From contig OX597832.1 of NCBI GenBank assembly GCA_951406725.2, positions 13,888,001 through 13,952,000 of the forward strand: DNA of 64,000 bases. Direction: 5' to 3'. A program made the position numbers and the translations under genes. How positions within the stretch are numbered: the stretch's first letter is position 1; each line of letters opens with the position of its first letter. This document shows, piece by piece, positions 1 to 12,844 of this stretch. The notes under the pieces were generated by a model, which saw only the letters and a program-made list of their open reading frames with translations, did not search any database and was not told the origin of the DNA. The stretch comes from Octopus vulgaris. Its lineage: Eukaryota.

Positions 1-190
1 TCCGAAACTGAATCCAGCTGCATATTATGTTCTATGAGGTTTAATTTTTGCACAAAGAAGGAAGCACATTTTCAGGAAAGCTCTAGAAGCTTATTGTACT
101 CAACAAGATTTAACACCACCACCTCTATATAGAAATCATAATCGGAATCTATTTCTTTCAACTACAAACAATCCAATTGAGTACCTGCTT

Positions 191-193
191 ACA

Positions 194-291
<98 letters not shown>

Positions 292-640
292 CATACATAT
301 ATATATGTATATATCAATAAAGAAATAAATTATATATATATATATAGAGAGAGATATATATATATATAGATAGACAGACATATAGACAGCTAGACAGACA
401 GATAGATAGACAGATATACAGATAGATAGATAGATAGAGAGATAGATAGATATATAGATAGAGAGATAGATAGACAGACTATAGATAGATAGACATAGAT
501 ATAGATGTATGAATATATACTTACATGTATGAATGTTTATATGTGCGTGTATGTAAGTGTGTAAGTATATATAAGAGAGGGAGAGAGAGAGAGAGAGAGA
601 GAAAAAGAGAAAGACAGTCAGACAGACGGAGGCAGAGATA
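191..640. repeat. Compound microsatellite (CA)n-(TA)n-(TAGA/CAGA)n-(GA)n
   Basis: Directly visible tandem di- and tetranucleotide runs; the overlapping ORFs are repeat translations. Confidence 0.97.
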
Positions 641-2110
641 CCAATATAGATACACATATATGCGCTCTCGATTACATAACATCCGCAAAAGTCGATATCT
701 AAGCAACTTCTCAAACTATATAACTTACGCAAAAAAATATCTATTTTATATACCATTCTGGATTTTGTCCATCTAATTTCACATCTCTCACTGTCAATAC
801 ATCTTCATCCTTATTAGCATAAAAGTATCTACTTCAGTGCAAGTTTAGCTGTTTCTCTATTTTCCTCGCCTACTCTGCCATAGCTTCGATGATGTCGTTT
901 TTATCCATTTTTCTCAATTTCTTACACACGCTTATTTCCATTTGTTCCGGCATGATAGCAAAGAAACACGTTTTCTCTAGAATCAGCTTGAAGATACATT
1001 GCGTTCTTTTATTTATTTATTCATCTCAGATGATTATGTCGTGGTTTATCTTCATACTGCTGACATTTTTGTTTCTTCTAAGAAGTTTCTGAATTATTGT
1101 TTCTAGATTGAACCTGCGTCCTTCAATGAATCATTCGTTCTATCTCCTTTCATTTTGTGCCTCTTCGTTGTAAATGTTATCAGTTCTCTGGCGCTTAACA
1201 TTGCATCCCATGCCACTTATTTATTTATTTATTATTGTTGCAAGACAGAAGCATGGACTATAAAGCATTCATCTCTAATCTATCAATTGCATGCAGCAGG
1301 TACGCTGTCATAGACCTTAACATTCTAATTTTTTGTTTCATTATCGAATTCATTCATAAAGCTGGATATTTTCTCCCGAGATACCCTTAACAATTCCACC
1401 TAGGTTCTATATCACGGCTTTGCTGAACAGAACTACATTCAATAAATCATGAGAAACGCGATTTACTTTTCAGTTAATGGTTATCTCAGAATGTTTATCG
1501 TGCACTACCACATGCAATATTAATTTTCAAATGTTACACGCAATTATTGTAAGCACTTATATTCGACTTCTTAAATTGCGTTCCAGTACAAAATTTACAG
1601 CGAATATTTTCTTTGGATTCGTTAACAGAGATAAAAACCTTTCCAATGCATCTGTGATAGTTTGTACTCATTTCATTCATTATATTGCTTCCATGATGGG
1701 ACCAGCCTTCAGGGAATTTAGTAAATTGTATCGATCTGGTATTTTTATAGGACTTGTTGCAACGTGTTCTTAACAAGGGAAATGAAAATGGATAGTGATA
1801 TAAAAGGGAGATAGCTAAATCGTACATAATTCGGTAGGGTTTACTGTTTGAGTTATACCGAACACACCAAACGCTTATACATTTAGAAACACATATGACA
1901 ACATAAGCATATAAACCCTCGTATATCTATGGATATATATATATATATAATAATTCTTTCGTAATTAGAAATAAAAAAAACTAAGACTGAGTAGATTTTA
2001 GAACATTTACATTTATTCGAGTGTGTATGTGTGTGTGTGTCTGTTCGATCGCGTATATTTGAATATATTAAGTGATAATAGGGGGTGGAATTCATATTAG
2101 TCTTCTTTTA

Positions 2111-2154
2111 GCTACAACATGTTTCTAACCATCAGTCCTGGTCTCTTCAGGTAC
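2111..2154 (-). ncRNA. Degenerate minimal type-I hammerhead ribozyme motif
   Basis: Minus strand reads GTAC-CTGAAGA-GACCA-GGACTGA-TGGTT-A-GAAA-CATG-TT-GTAG: intact CUGANGA and GAAA core, a stem II, palindromic stem III (ACATGT) and a short stem I. Confidence 0.55.
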
Positions 2155-2340
2155 ATTGATAAAGAAGTCTCACTAGATATTCTTTGTGCAGACTGCATGT
2201 TATTAAATGGCCACCCACGTTTATATCTTTAGATTTTGCTTTGGTACAATATTATTTTTACTTTTATTTATTCTCGAACATATAACATATAACAACAAGC
2301 CAACCGACACAAAATATATTTCACAGGATGTCTTTATGAA

Positions 2341-2387
2341 TGCACCTGATGGCACCCAGACTGAAAGGTGGAAACCTATGTCGTACC
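2341..2387 (+). ncRNA. Hammerhead ribozyme motif (A9->G variant)
   Basis: GCAC-CTGATGG-CACC-CAGACTGAAA-GGTG-GAAA-C-CTAT-G-TC-GTAC: perfect 4-bp stem II, 2-bp stem III, GUC cleavage triplet, one mismatch in stem I. Confidence 0.55.
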
Positions 2388-2563
2388 CAAATGACACTGC
2401 GAAGTACCTCCTGAATTAAGTCCAACGGAAGTATACTACAACTACAGATGACAACAGGTGGCCTAAATTGTGCCGGTGCCCTAATCAACATTTCAACACA
2501 CTAAACTAATTATACGTATTTGTCTATATTTTTTAATACACACACACACACATTTATGTAATA

Positions 2564-2771
2564 TACTCTTTATTCTTTTACTTGTTTCAGTCATTTGAAT
2601 GCGGCCATGCTGGAGCTCCGCCTTTAGTCGAGAAAATCGACCCCGGGACTTATTCTTTGTAAGCCTAGTACTTATTATATTGCTCTCTTTTACCGAACCG
2701 CTAATTAACGGGGACGTAAACACACCAGCATCGGTTGTCAAGCAATGCTAGGGGGATAAACACAGACACAC
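2564..2771 (-). mobile_element. SINE family A, 3' half
   Basis: Aligns by eye to 12845-13050 and 26740-26940 (CTTTTACTTGTTTCAGTCATTTGA-TGCGGCCATGCTGG...CCGAACCGCTAA...CAGCATCGGTTG). Confidence 0.9.
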
Positions 2772-2916
2772 AGGGGTAGAAATATAGAAAGCATGAAGCT
2801 GAAGAAGTACTGGCATAAGTTTCGATTTTTGGTTTTTAAATTTTGTAAAGACTTAACTGTTTTAACAAATGTCTCTGATTCATCTGGCTTTCTAAACTTG
2901 AGATAAAAAGACGTGT

Positions 2917-3001
<85 letters not shown>

Positions 3002-3002
3002 C

Positions 3003-3156
3003 AAGGAGGATAACCACTAATCGACATCCATTATACTAGATATAAACCCCATATTGTCTGACCACTACGAAAAGATTGTACTCTTTCTGTTAGTGGTCAG
3101 AACATATGGTGTCTACATCTTGCATAATGGATGTCCACTTAGTGGTCATCCCACTT
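3003..3156. repeat. Imperfect inverted repeat (foldback, ~73-bp arms) next to a microsatellite
   Basis: GGATAACCACTAA..GACATCCATTAT..TCTGACCACTA is mirrored by TAGTGGTCAGA..ATAATGGATGTC..TTAGTGGTCATCC. Confidence 0.9.
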
Positions 3157-3268
3157 ATATATATGTAATATATTTTTTCTGAATATTTTTCAATATACTA
3201 GGCCACTGGTTTTAAATTGATATTAATCGGAATAATAGTGAATTTTTCACCCCTCTAATTTAAATAAG

Positions 3269-5163
3269 GACACATACCTGACAATTAAAGAAGCTGACAA
3301 AGGAAGTGCTGTAGTTTTGATGGACACAGAACACGATAAAAAACTATTACTTTCCATATTAGAAAACGAGGCCTTCTACGAAAATATTATAAACTATAAT
3401 TAACAAAAAAACATGAAAAACCTTGTATCCTTAATTCTTCTACGTGGAAAAGGCCTGACAGAAAAAGAAACAGACTACATCACGAACTTCAAATGTAAAC
3501 CCAGTCTTTTTATGGCCTCCCTAAAATACACAAGAGCAAGATAATCAATGAAGCCTGCAAACAATCACCAGGCAAATATATAAACATCCAAACGCCAGCA
3601 GACTTGACTTTAAGACCCATTGTAGCTGGACCAGCCTGTGAAACCCACCGACTGAGCAATTTTCTAGACATCCTACTGAAACCCTTGCTGAATACATCAA
3701 AAGCTTTATTGGGGATGATTTAGACATGTTAGAACACCTACCAAAAACGATTAATGAAGAAGCAGTATTGGTCACCCTCGATATTATCAATCTTTACACC
3801 AACATCCCCCTTGACTATGGAATGAAAGCAATTAAATTCTGGTTGGAAAAGTACCCCGAAGTCCTCCCGGAACGCATAAACCAGACCTTTATGATTGAAT
3901 CCTTAAAATTTATACTTCAGAACAATTATTTCCTGTTTGATGACACATACTATCGTCAGAAATGCGGAATTGCGATGGGGACGAAAGCAGCTCCTATTCT
4001 TGCGAATCTAATAATGGGCTATTTTGAATTCACCTTATATGAAGTATCACTTCAGAAATATGGTTACCCATTTTACCTCTACATAAGAGAAAATTGAAAG
4101 CGATACTTGGATGACTGTTTTATCATCTGGAAGGAGAACATCGACAAACTTTTGGATTTCAAAACAACACTAAATGACATAAATAGCAACATTCAATTCA
4201 CAATGGAATATAATAAAGAACAACTTCCTTTTTTAGACATCATGATAAAAAAAGGCAACAATGAAATCATAACTGACATTTATTATTAACCAACTGACGC
4301 AAAACAATATCTTCTTTTTAACTCATGCCACCCGAAACACATAAAAATAAACAATCCTTTTAATTTAGCAAAAAGTATCTGCACAATAGTGTCTGATAGA
4401 ACAACTCGGGACCTTCGTCTTCAAGACCTCAAAACAACACTTATTGAAAGACAATATCCACCCTCTCTTATCGGCGAGGGAATTAAACGTGCCAAACAAT
4501 TAGGCACAAAAACACTAAGAACAAAAATACATAGCACCACACCTCAAACCAAAACATTACTTTTTATATCAACACACAACCCCAGAAACAGTGAGGCATT
4601 CAACACTATTGTGCAAACTCTCCCTTTACTAACTAGAGATCCAAAAATGAACGACATCCTGAAAACACAAACTCATCAAATGCAAAAAACAAGACAAATC
4701 GCTAAAGAGACTACTAACAAATGCGAAGCTTTACAAAACAACCACGAAACAAACGGTTAAAAAATGTGGACGCCCGAACTGTGGAACCTGCTCCCACCTG
4801 CTTGAAGACTCGGACTTCCTTTTCAAACAAGGACAGAGGTTCACAATTAAAACTAGTTTCACCTGTGCCTCTGAGAACCTAATTTATGTAATAACCTGCT
4901 CGGGTTGCAGTCATCAGTACGTTGGACAAACGAGTTTAATTTTGAGGAAGAGAATTACTCTGCATAAGGAACAAATTCGTTTCCCGCAATACAGACAAAT
5001 CCCTCTTAGTGAACACATAGAAAAATGTGCAGGTAACATCAAAACAAATTTTACAGTCTTCCCTTTCTACCAGTGCAAAGACACAATCACTCAACTAGAA
5101 CGCTTAAATAAAGAAACTTTTTTCATTGAAAAATACAAAACGCGTCTGAAAAAGCACGCATAA
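3269..5163 (+). pseudogene. Penelope-like RT/GIY-YIG endonuclease pseudo-ORF (stops and frameshifts)
   Basis: Motifs IKEADKG, GLPKIHK, LRPIVAG, LDIINLYTNIP, YRQKCGIAMGT, RYLDD (4101-4115), LPFLDI, SCHPKH; Cys linker KKCGRPNCGTC; GIY-YIG NLIYVITCSGC..YVGQT..LRKRITLH. In-frame stops at 4095 and 4287. Confidence 0.95.
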
Positions 5164-5428
5164 CCAATTTTTATATTCTTACATATTACATCACTGTATA
5201 TAAATCCCCTACTAAACAAGGCCCCCTTTTTTTTTCTTTCTGTACACATTTTTCCCAACCCAAAACCTAAACAGTTATCTCCCTTACATACAACAATAAC
5301 AATAATAACAACCAATTACCTCCCTTTACTTGTCAACTTGTAAAATCATGCACTCGTGAATCTCATTATAAACAACATGGACCCATTTTCTTCTTAAGAA
5401 AAAATATATTTTCATATTACTTAAACGT

Positions 5429-5465
5429 TGTATCATGAATAGCGATTGCGAAACCGGTCGATACA
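5429..5465 (+). ncRNA. Minimal type-I hammerhead ribozyme in the Penelope 3' terminal region (A3-U8 core variant)
   Basis: TGTATC-ATGAATA-GC-GATT-GC-GAAA-CCGG-TC-GATACA: perfect 6-bp stem I, 2-bp stem II, palindromic stem III (ACCGGT), GUC site. Confidence 0.75.
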
Positions 5466-5584
5466 CTAAAAATTATACTATAACCATGTAAGTGTACGTA
5501 TTTTCCATTTTTCTTTTTCTGATATACATTACAATCCACCACGTGGGGACAACCGAAATTCCTCTTTTCTGTTACTACTACTAC

Positions 5585-5648
<64 letters not shown>

Positions 5649-6179
5649 GACATACATACTGTTGCATCTGTGTATTTTGCCATTGTTCCAACAAAATGTG
5701 GTATTGAGGTTCATTGTTTTTATATTTATAGTTGTGTATGCATAAATCTTTGGCTTTATGATTCAGTAGAACTCGTGTCACGTTTCATGTTAAGACAAAC
5801 ATGTAGTGTAAATACTGCTCGCATTCAATATAATATAAGTTGTAAATATGAAATTTTAAATATTCTTTTTTTTGAAATGTCGAAAGCACTTATTTTATTT
5901 ACCTTCATTTCGGTTAAGTTAAAATTTCTCTCATGAAAAACTTTTCTCCAATTTCCTTATATGATAATTCTTCTAAAATACATCATCATATATCTGAGAA
6001 TGCCTGTATATTTATATAGGCGGCTATAATTTTCTGAATATATATTTACCTATCTCTATATTTACATCGATCTTCCTTATCTATGTGTATATCTCAATCT
6101 TCCAACGAAGCCTGCAAGCTATATGCTTACACGCAAACTCAAACGCTTACAAATATGCATCTACACACTCACATTCGAT

Positions 6180-6700
<521 letters not shown>

Positions 6701-7300
6701 GCACACACAAACATATATTCCTATATAAACTAATATGCATAGATGCATATGCATGCGTAGAAAGAAATAAAAACAAAATTAGAATACATTCGAATATATT
6801 CGATTATGTAATATGCTTACATCATGAAGGTTTGAAAACATGATATAACTCCAGTTTGGAGAATTACCGGTGGGTGTAATTTAACGTTTTTGCGATTATA
6901 CAATATGAGCTTGAAATTGCTGGAAGTAATGTTAAACGTGATGTTATGATGTAAGCAGGTATTGCTATGGTTATGTTTATAATTATGATACAGGTAGAAA
7001 TAAAAACATGTTACAAAGAATATGTAGGAGGTGAAGCTGTAACGGTTGTATATGCTGGCAGAATCATGTCAAGATGGTGGTCATGATGATTAATGTACGT
7101 GAGAAAATGATCAGAATTTGAAGATAAAGTAAATGGGAAGGATATATCCTTAACACAACGGAATGGAATATAGCACGACATTTACTTTCCGTTTTTTTGA
7201 GAGTTCCTAATAGCATGATTGGTCTGGTGGTGACGGTATTGGTGATAATAGCAAGGTGATGTTGATGATGATGACTACGACAACGATAACGGCACCGACA

Positions 7301-7790
7301 ATGGCCCAGTCTTTAGGTCAGCGACTCGCGGTCGTACGAGCGCGGTTTCGATTACCAGGCCGGTCATTCTTAGTGTTTATTGAGCAAAAAACACCTAAGC
7401 TCCACCAAGCTCCGGCAGGGTTAGGTGGTGAACCCCGCTGTACTCTTTCACCACAACTTTCTCTCACTCTTTCTTCCTATTTCCGCCACAAGGCAGAGGA
7501 ACCATGGTGTAACCCATTATGGTGTGGTAAACTTTCAGACCCTAGTCTAGATTGCGAATCCTCAGTATCCACCCGTTAAAAGCCACCGTTTACGGAATGA
7601 GGATAACAACGTAACATTCGCGCCCTTGCAATCGCGTGTGGTGGGGGGAATCTTCAAGTGTCCACACACATTCTTAGTAGCTTAGAGTAAGCTCGAATTA
7701 GAGATTAATCTTTGTGGCTAATGGCCTGAGTCCTGATTGGAAGAAGAATACGGAGAAGAAGAAGAAGAAGAAGGAGAAGAAGGAGAAGAA
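7301..7790 (+). mobile_element. SINE family C (tRNA-like head), ending in (GAA)n
   Basis: Head TGGCCCAGT..TTAGG..CAGCG-ACTCGCGGTCGTA..GGTTTCGATT-CC has A/B-box-like motifs; first ~180 bp match the reverse complement of 17035-17217; GAA-repeat tail at 7740-7790. Confidence 0.75.
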
Positions 7791-10577
7791 AACAGCCACA
7801 ACAACGATGACAATGGTGTCGACAATAAAAACAGCAATGACAACGTCGGATATGTTGATGAGGATTTAGGTGATCGGAATATTGGTGATAAACATGAAGA
7901 TAATGATTGCGTCAATGGTGATGATAATTGCGAGGACGTTAATTACGGCTTACTTTCTCTAGCTCATCCCCGTTTTTTGCCGTTTTATTGACGTACAATT
8001 TGTTCTGGATAATGTTAAGGAGCATGATGGAGACTATGACGAATAGAAAAGGAGATTAGTAAAGAAAAAATGAGTGATATCATTTGCATGCCATCACCAG
8101 TGTAACAAAATTGTTATTTTCTTTTTGTCTTTTGTCAGTAAGTCTTATTTCGTGTTTACTCCTCGTAATCAAAAGAACTTACTACTATTCCCTTCAAACG
8201 TTGCTTTTCAGACACGAGTGTCACTGGTTTGAAACTGACCTATTTTCCATTGTTTTTTCTGACAGATTCAACGCCTAGCAAATATTCTACGCATTACCAG
8301 AGATTTATTTGTTAGTTGCTTGATCTTACCCAGTTGGGCATGTCACTTTTTGGTTGACAATATGTTCATCTTATATCATGAGCAGAAGTAATGGGGAGCA
8401 TAGAGTCATCTATCGATAGGGATCTTCGGGGTTTGAATAAATGCCACAAAAGCAAAGTTTGAATGAAATGTTAGTCAGTGTTTTTAAATTATTTCTTGTG
8501 GTAAACATATAAGAAATAACAGTTGTTATCCAAGGACAAAAATCGTGTTAAACAGTTCAACTGTTGTACATATTAAATAATCTATAGAATCCGCTGTTAG
8601 ATATTTTCACAGTTGCTGTGATATTTACTTGAATTTAATAGACAATATCTAAGCAATATTCTTTCTACTTTTTCAAACACAGAAAAATGGATATCGGCCT
8701 GAGTGTCGTCGATTCTTACTAAGATTATATTCAGAAGCTATATTATCAAATTTGACTACAGAAAATATGTTATATATTTTTATTGAGACATTTCAGTTCA
8801 GGAATGCAGGAAAATTGATGACTGTAATTCGCATAAGCAATTGTGTCCAGTTAATTAATATTGTTTGGGCAATGAACCCATCTTACCATCAAGTTATATA
8901 TTATAGGACATCAAGTTGCAGGGCTTGTCTTCTTTTAGCTCTAGGAATGATATATATATTCGATGAGACCGGAGAAAGCGAGCGTAAAAATATTGACAAT
9001 ATCATTAAGTATAGGAAGAGGGTTGGTGTAGTGTTTTCAGACGCTATTCAATATATTCGTCAGCGGCCTCGCACCAATTGTTTTCATTCCATGGAGTAAT
9101 ATAATTTGTTGATATGCATAATGCTACTACAAAGATAAATCCCACTAAAAATAAATCAGTATTAGGAGGATGCATAAATCATTTGCTGTTAATATCTAGT
9201 GGAATTATTTCCAACTTGTGGTAATATGTTGTGCGGTAGGTATACCGTGCTCCTTTATAATTATTGCCGAATTTCTGAATTGGGCCTATGTGAAGCACGG
9301 CCAATTCTTCAATGTCGTCACAAATCGTCTGTTCAAAATATTAAAGATCTGTCTTCCCCGGAACCCAGAGATTAGCATCTTATTGTATATTGACATCATC
9401 TATCGACAGCTGCTACGCACACTCGAATAGAACAAACAAAAGTATTTGAAATATTATTTTCCTATTGCGTTATAAGTTACATTTCTTGAATTGCAGAAAG
9501 TGCAAATTTCACGGTGACCGAAGACGTTAGAAACTAAATGTTTCCTCTTTATCTTGCTTTTTTTTATTCACATAAACGTTACTATTGCAAAAACAAAACA
9601 ACCAAAGAAACTCTCCCTGTATTTTAATATATAGGACAGCGACAGTTACCTCATCGCTATAAATTAACCTTATGCAGCATATCGTCCTTTTCGATTATCA
9701 TTTCTTAACTACTCATTGATTCAAGACGCATTCTTTTCTACGTGTGCGTGTATCTGTGTGTGTATTTGTATTTAATAACTTTCAATTACATATTTATCTT
9801 TACACAAATTTATTATATAATATTTCATTCACCTCGTGAAGTGTCATACGTAGCTCACAGTTTTGTGAAAAAAATTTTACAGTTAATGCTGACAGGCCTA
9901 AAAAAATAAAACTGCATTTACGCACATAAAACTGCTAGAGAAAATAGTATCGATTGCATAAGATAGAAAATTGATATTTCGAAACATATAAGATGACCTG
10001 TCTTCGATCAATTCCAGAATCCTCTATCATACGTATTTTATATTCACTATTTTTATTTTACCTTTCGGAATTTTATTTTGGACATTTTTCCTTTGTATTT
10101 CTCAAAGTATTTTCTTCGATATGCAACCATGTAACTGTATATATAGTATCGATGACGGAAAATAAAATGAAAATGTAGCTTCACTTCATCTTTTCTCCTC
10201 TAATCTAATATCAAAACCCAATATCAGGCTATTCAAAATTTCCCAAGCCATTATACATCACTTCAGTGAAATCAATGTCTCTCAAATACTGCCTCATATC
10301 ATTGTCCAATGAAAAGCTCTGTTAAAAACTTCACCATCATATTGACTCAATAAAACAATTCCTGTCAACCTGCAAGAAATATTGCCTACATTTCTCCCCA
10401 TTTATACACTACCATCTTAAATGAACGTAATCGCCCACAAAGTGCAGTGTCTATAAAAGACAGTTTGATCACAGGGTGGTCAGGTCAAATACGAGAGAAA
10501 AGAAAGTTAACAGCATCGGATTGACCATCATTGCAATCATCGTTTTTACGGAGATTAAATATCGTATATCATGCCTA

Positions 10578-10700
10578 GGGCTGGTAGGCTGTGCTGTAAG
10601 AAAACTTCTTCCCAAACACATGTCTCCGTGTTCAATCCTACATGATGGCAAATTTGGCAAACATTTTCTACTAAGGCCTGGGCCAACCAGACCACTGGTT
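10578..10700 (+). mobile_element. SINE family A, degraded head
   Basis: GGCTGTGCTGTAAGAAAACTTCTTCCCAAACACATG..GTTCAATCC resembles the head at 25308. Confidence 0.6.
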
Positions 10701-10999
10701 CACACTAAAACTAGGCACCAGTACATAACATCGACTGTTGATGTGTTTCGTCCGCGAAACTCAACGGTTCAGCAAAACAAATGTTACAAGTAGCAGGAGT
10801 TTAAAAATAGCATCAGGTCATCCCATAAGATCTGTCACAGTTTTGCATAAAGAAAACAAATCATCAAATGTTATATTTAATGGAAATGTAATCATCAATG
10901 TACTTTTCCTGATTATCTATGATTTCCTTCCACCTAATTACAAGCTTTTTAATCCCATCAATATAAAACTCTTTTGGTTTCAAAGTGAAGAACTCTGTT

Positions 11000-11722
11000 A
11001 ACGTCAGTTTTCACCTCCTCCTGGCTTGCGAACGATATGTCACCCAAATGATTCTTTAAATTACGACACATATGGTAGTCTCAAGGAGCAAGGTCTGGAG
11101 AATAAGGTGGATGAGGTTTTTTTCTCAACCAATATCTTAGGCTTTCTGTATTGTGATATTTGCAATGTGGGGTCACGCATTGTCCTAACGAAACATCACT
11201 CATTTTCGATTCAATAAAGCGAGTCTTTTTCTTCAAAGCTTGGGTCAAATGCTCTAATTGCTGATAGTAGACTTGAGCATTGATTGTTGCATTAGGTGGT
11301 AACAAATCAAGGTGAATAACACCTTTGCTATCCCACAAGATAGAGAGAAGTAACTTTTACCCATGAATTTCCCTTCCAAGCCACTGTTTAACATTTCGAT
11401 AGAAGATTCATTTTTCGTAACCAGTCACAAGTCTATCCGAAAAGGGTGAAAGGAGTTCGCGGAAATGTAGATAAGAGCAGAGGTCAACTCGGGATTTGCG
11501 GTTGCTTTCGGATAATTCATGAGGCACTCATTTTCCAAGTTTAGGATCCTTCCTAAGTTGTTGAAGATGATGATAAACAGTTGTATGGTTTGAACTAATA
11601 TTTATTGCCAATTCTTCAACTGATAATGCAGGATCTTCTTCAAGTAATACCTCAAGGAGCTATCATCAAACTTAACTTGATGTCCTGTTCGATCTTGATC
11701 TTGAAGGCTGAAAACTCCACCA
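11000..11722 (-). mobile_element. Mariner transposon remnant
   Basis: Translates to VPHELSE, RLVTGYEK, WDSKGVIHLDLLPPNATINAQVYYQQL, PHPPYSPDLAP; multiple stops and frameshifts. Confidence 0.92.
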
Positions 11723-12641
11723 TATCAACAGCAGATATGACGTCCTAATATGCTACTGAAGGGACGAGACACTTTTCGTTATTTTCCATGGGCGTTTAGT
11801 CTTCATAGTCTTTCGTAACTACCTCAGCAATTGACATGGTACACATCATTGATGAACTGACCCTTTTGAAAACAATAAGTAAATACAATGCCATTTGCAT
11901 CTAAACACACTGAGAACATTACCTTCCTGTAGATGAAACGACATTGCCCATCTTTAGAGCAGGTAGAAATGATGTTTCTACTGCATGAATTGTTTTTTCG
12001 TCTCTGGATCAAAGTAATGAACCATGTTTAGGAAACCAGGGTTAGGAAACTTTCACGAAAATCCAACAATGTTACATTTTCTTGTGATGTGATAAGAGTG
12101 GTGTACTTTTGATCAGGTGTCAGAAGATGTGGCTCCCACCAAGCAGAAACCTTCGTCATGCAAAATTCATTATGTAGTATACTCTTATATTACTCACAGG
12201 AAATGGTAATAGCTTTGGCTATCTGATATGCAGTTAATCGTCTGTCATCCATCCGCATTAGGTGAGAAGCAACAATATTTCCTCGCTTAGATGTAGGATC
12301 TCCAGACATTGGGTTATTTTCAAGACTCTTCCACTCAGCTGCCAACTTTTGCTCTGTAGATGAAGCTGGAGTATTGCAAACATGTCAGCATGAAAGTTGC
12401 TACAGTTTAAATCCTTTTTCTGCAGATCCATGATAACAGTCGATGCCAAATTTTGTCTCTTTTTAAGGGACTGGGCTACTAGTTACATTTGCAGTGTTTT
12501 GTGAATAGCCATATTTTAAATTACATAGAATGAACAATGCGGTAAATAATTATAAGTGCTGACATTAACGCATGTAAGATTTCACCGCTCTAGCATCACT
12601 CACTCAAAGTCAGCCTATCAATTTTTCAGCCCAACCTCGTA
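11723..12641 (-). mobile_element. Second mariner-family remnant with 5' TIR
   Basis: TA-CGAGGTTGGGCTGAAAAA terminus at 12641; KVSAWWEP(H)LLTPDQK and KVMFSVCLDANGIVF remnants; N-terminus similar to 28432-28960. Confidence 0.8.
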
Positions 12642-12844
12642 TGGTAGCATATACGAAACATGGGGTTAAGTCCATGGAAGCATATTAAAATATACTTTGA
12701 AAATTATTGGATACATTCAATGTTTGTCTTAACTGTGTAAAGGTTTATATGACTTTTTCTTCTTAACTATATTTAGTGTATATCAATCACAATCGAAAAA
12801 TACACCCAAACTATTGTCACGGCGGCATAAGTCAAGTTCGTAAG

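Larger units (their letters stand above)
3269..5575 (+). mobile_element. Penelope-like retroelement (Neptune-like), 5'-truncated
   Basis: Disrupted RT + GIY-YIG ORF, then an AT-rich 3' region containing a hammerhead motif, ending at (CTA)n/(TA)n. Confidence 0.93.

Noticed and set aside
136-776. 206-aa and overlapping ORFs; likewise the [12 protein letters not shown] ORFs at 6.1-6.8, 33.5-35.3, 40.2-40.7, 55 and 58.7-60.2 kb
   Set aside because: Stop-free translations of microsatellites with no protein-like composition.
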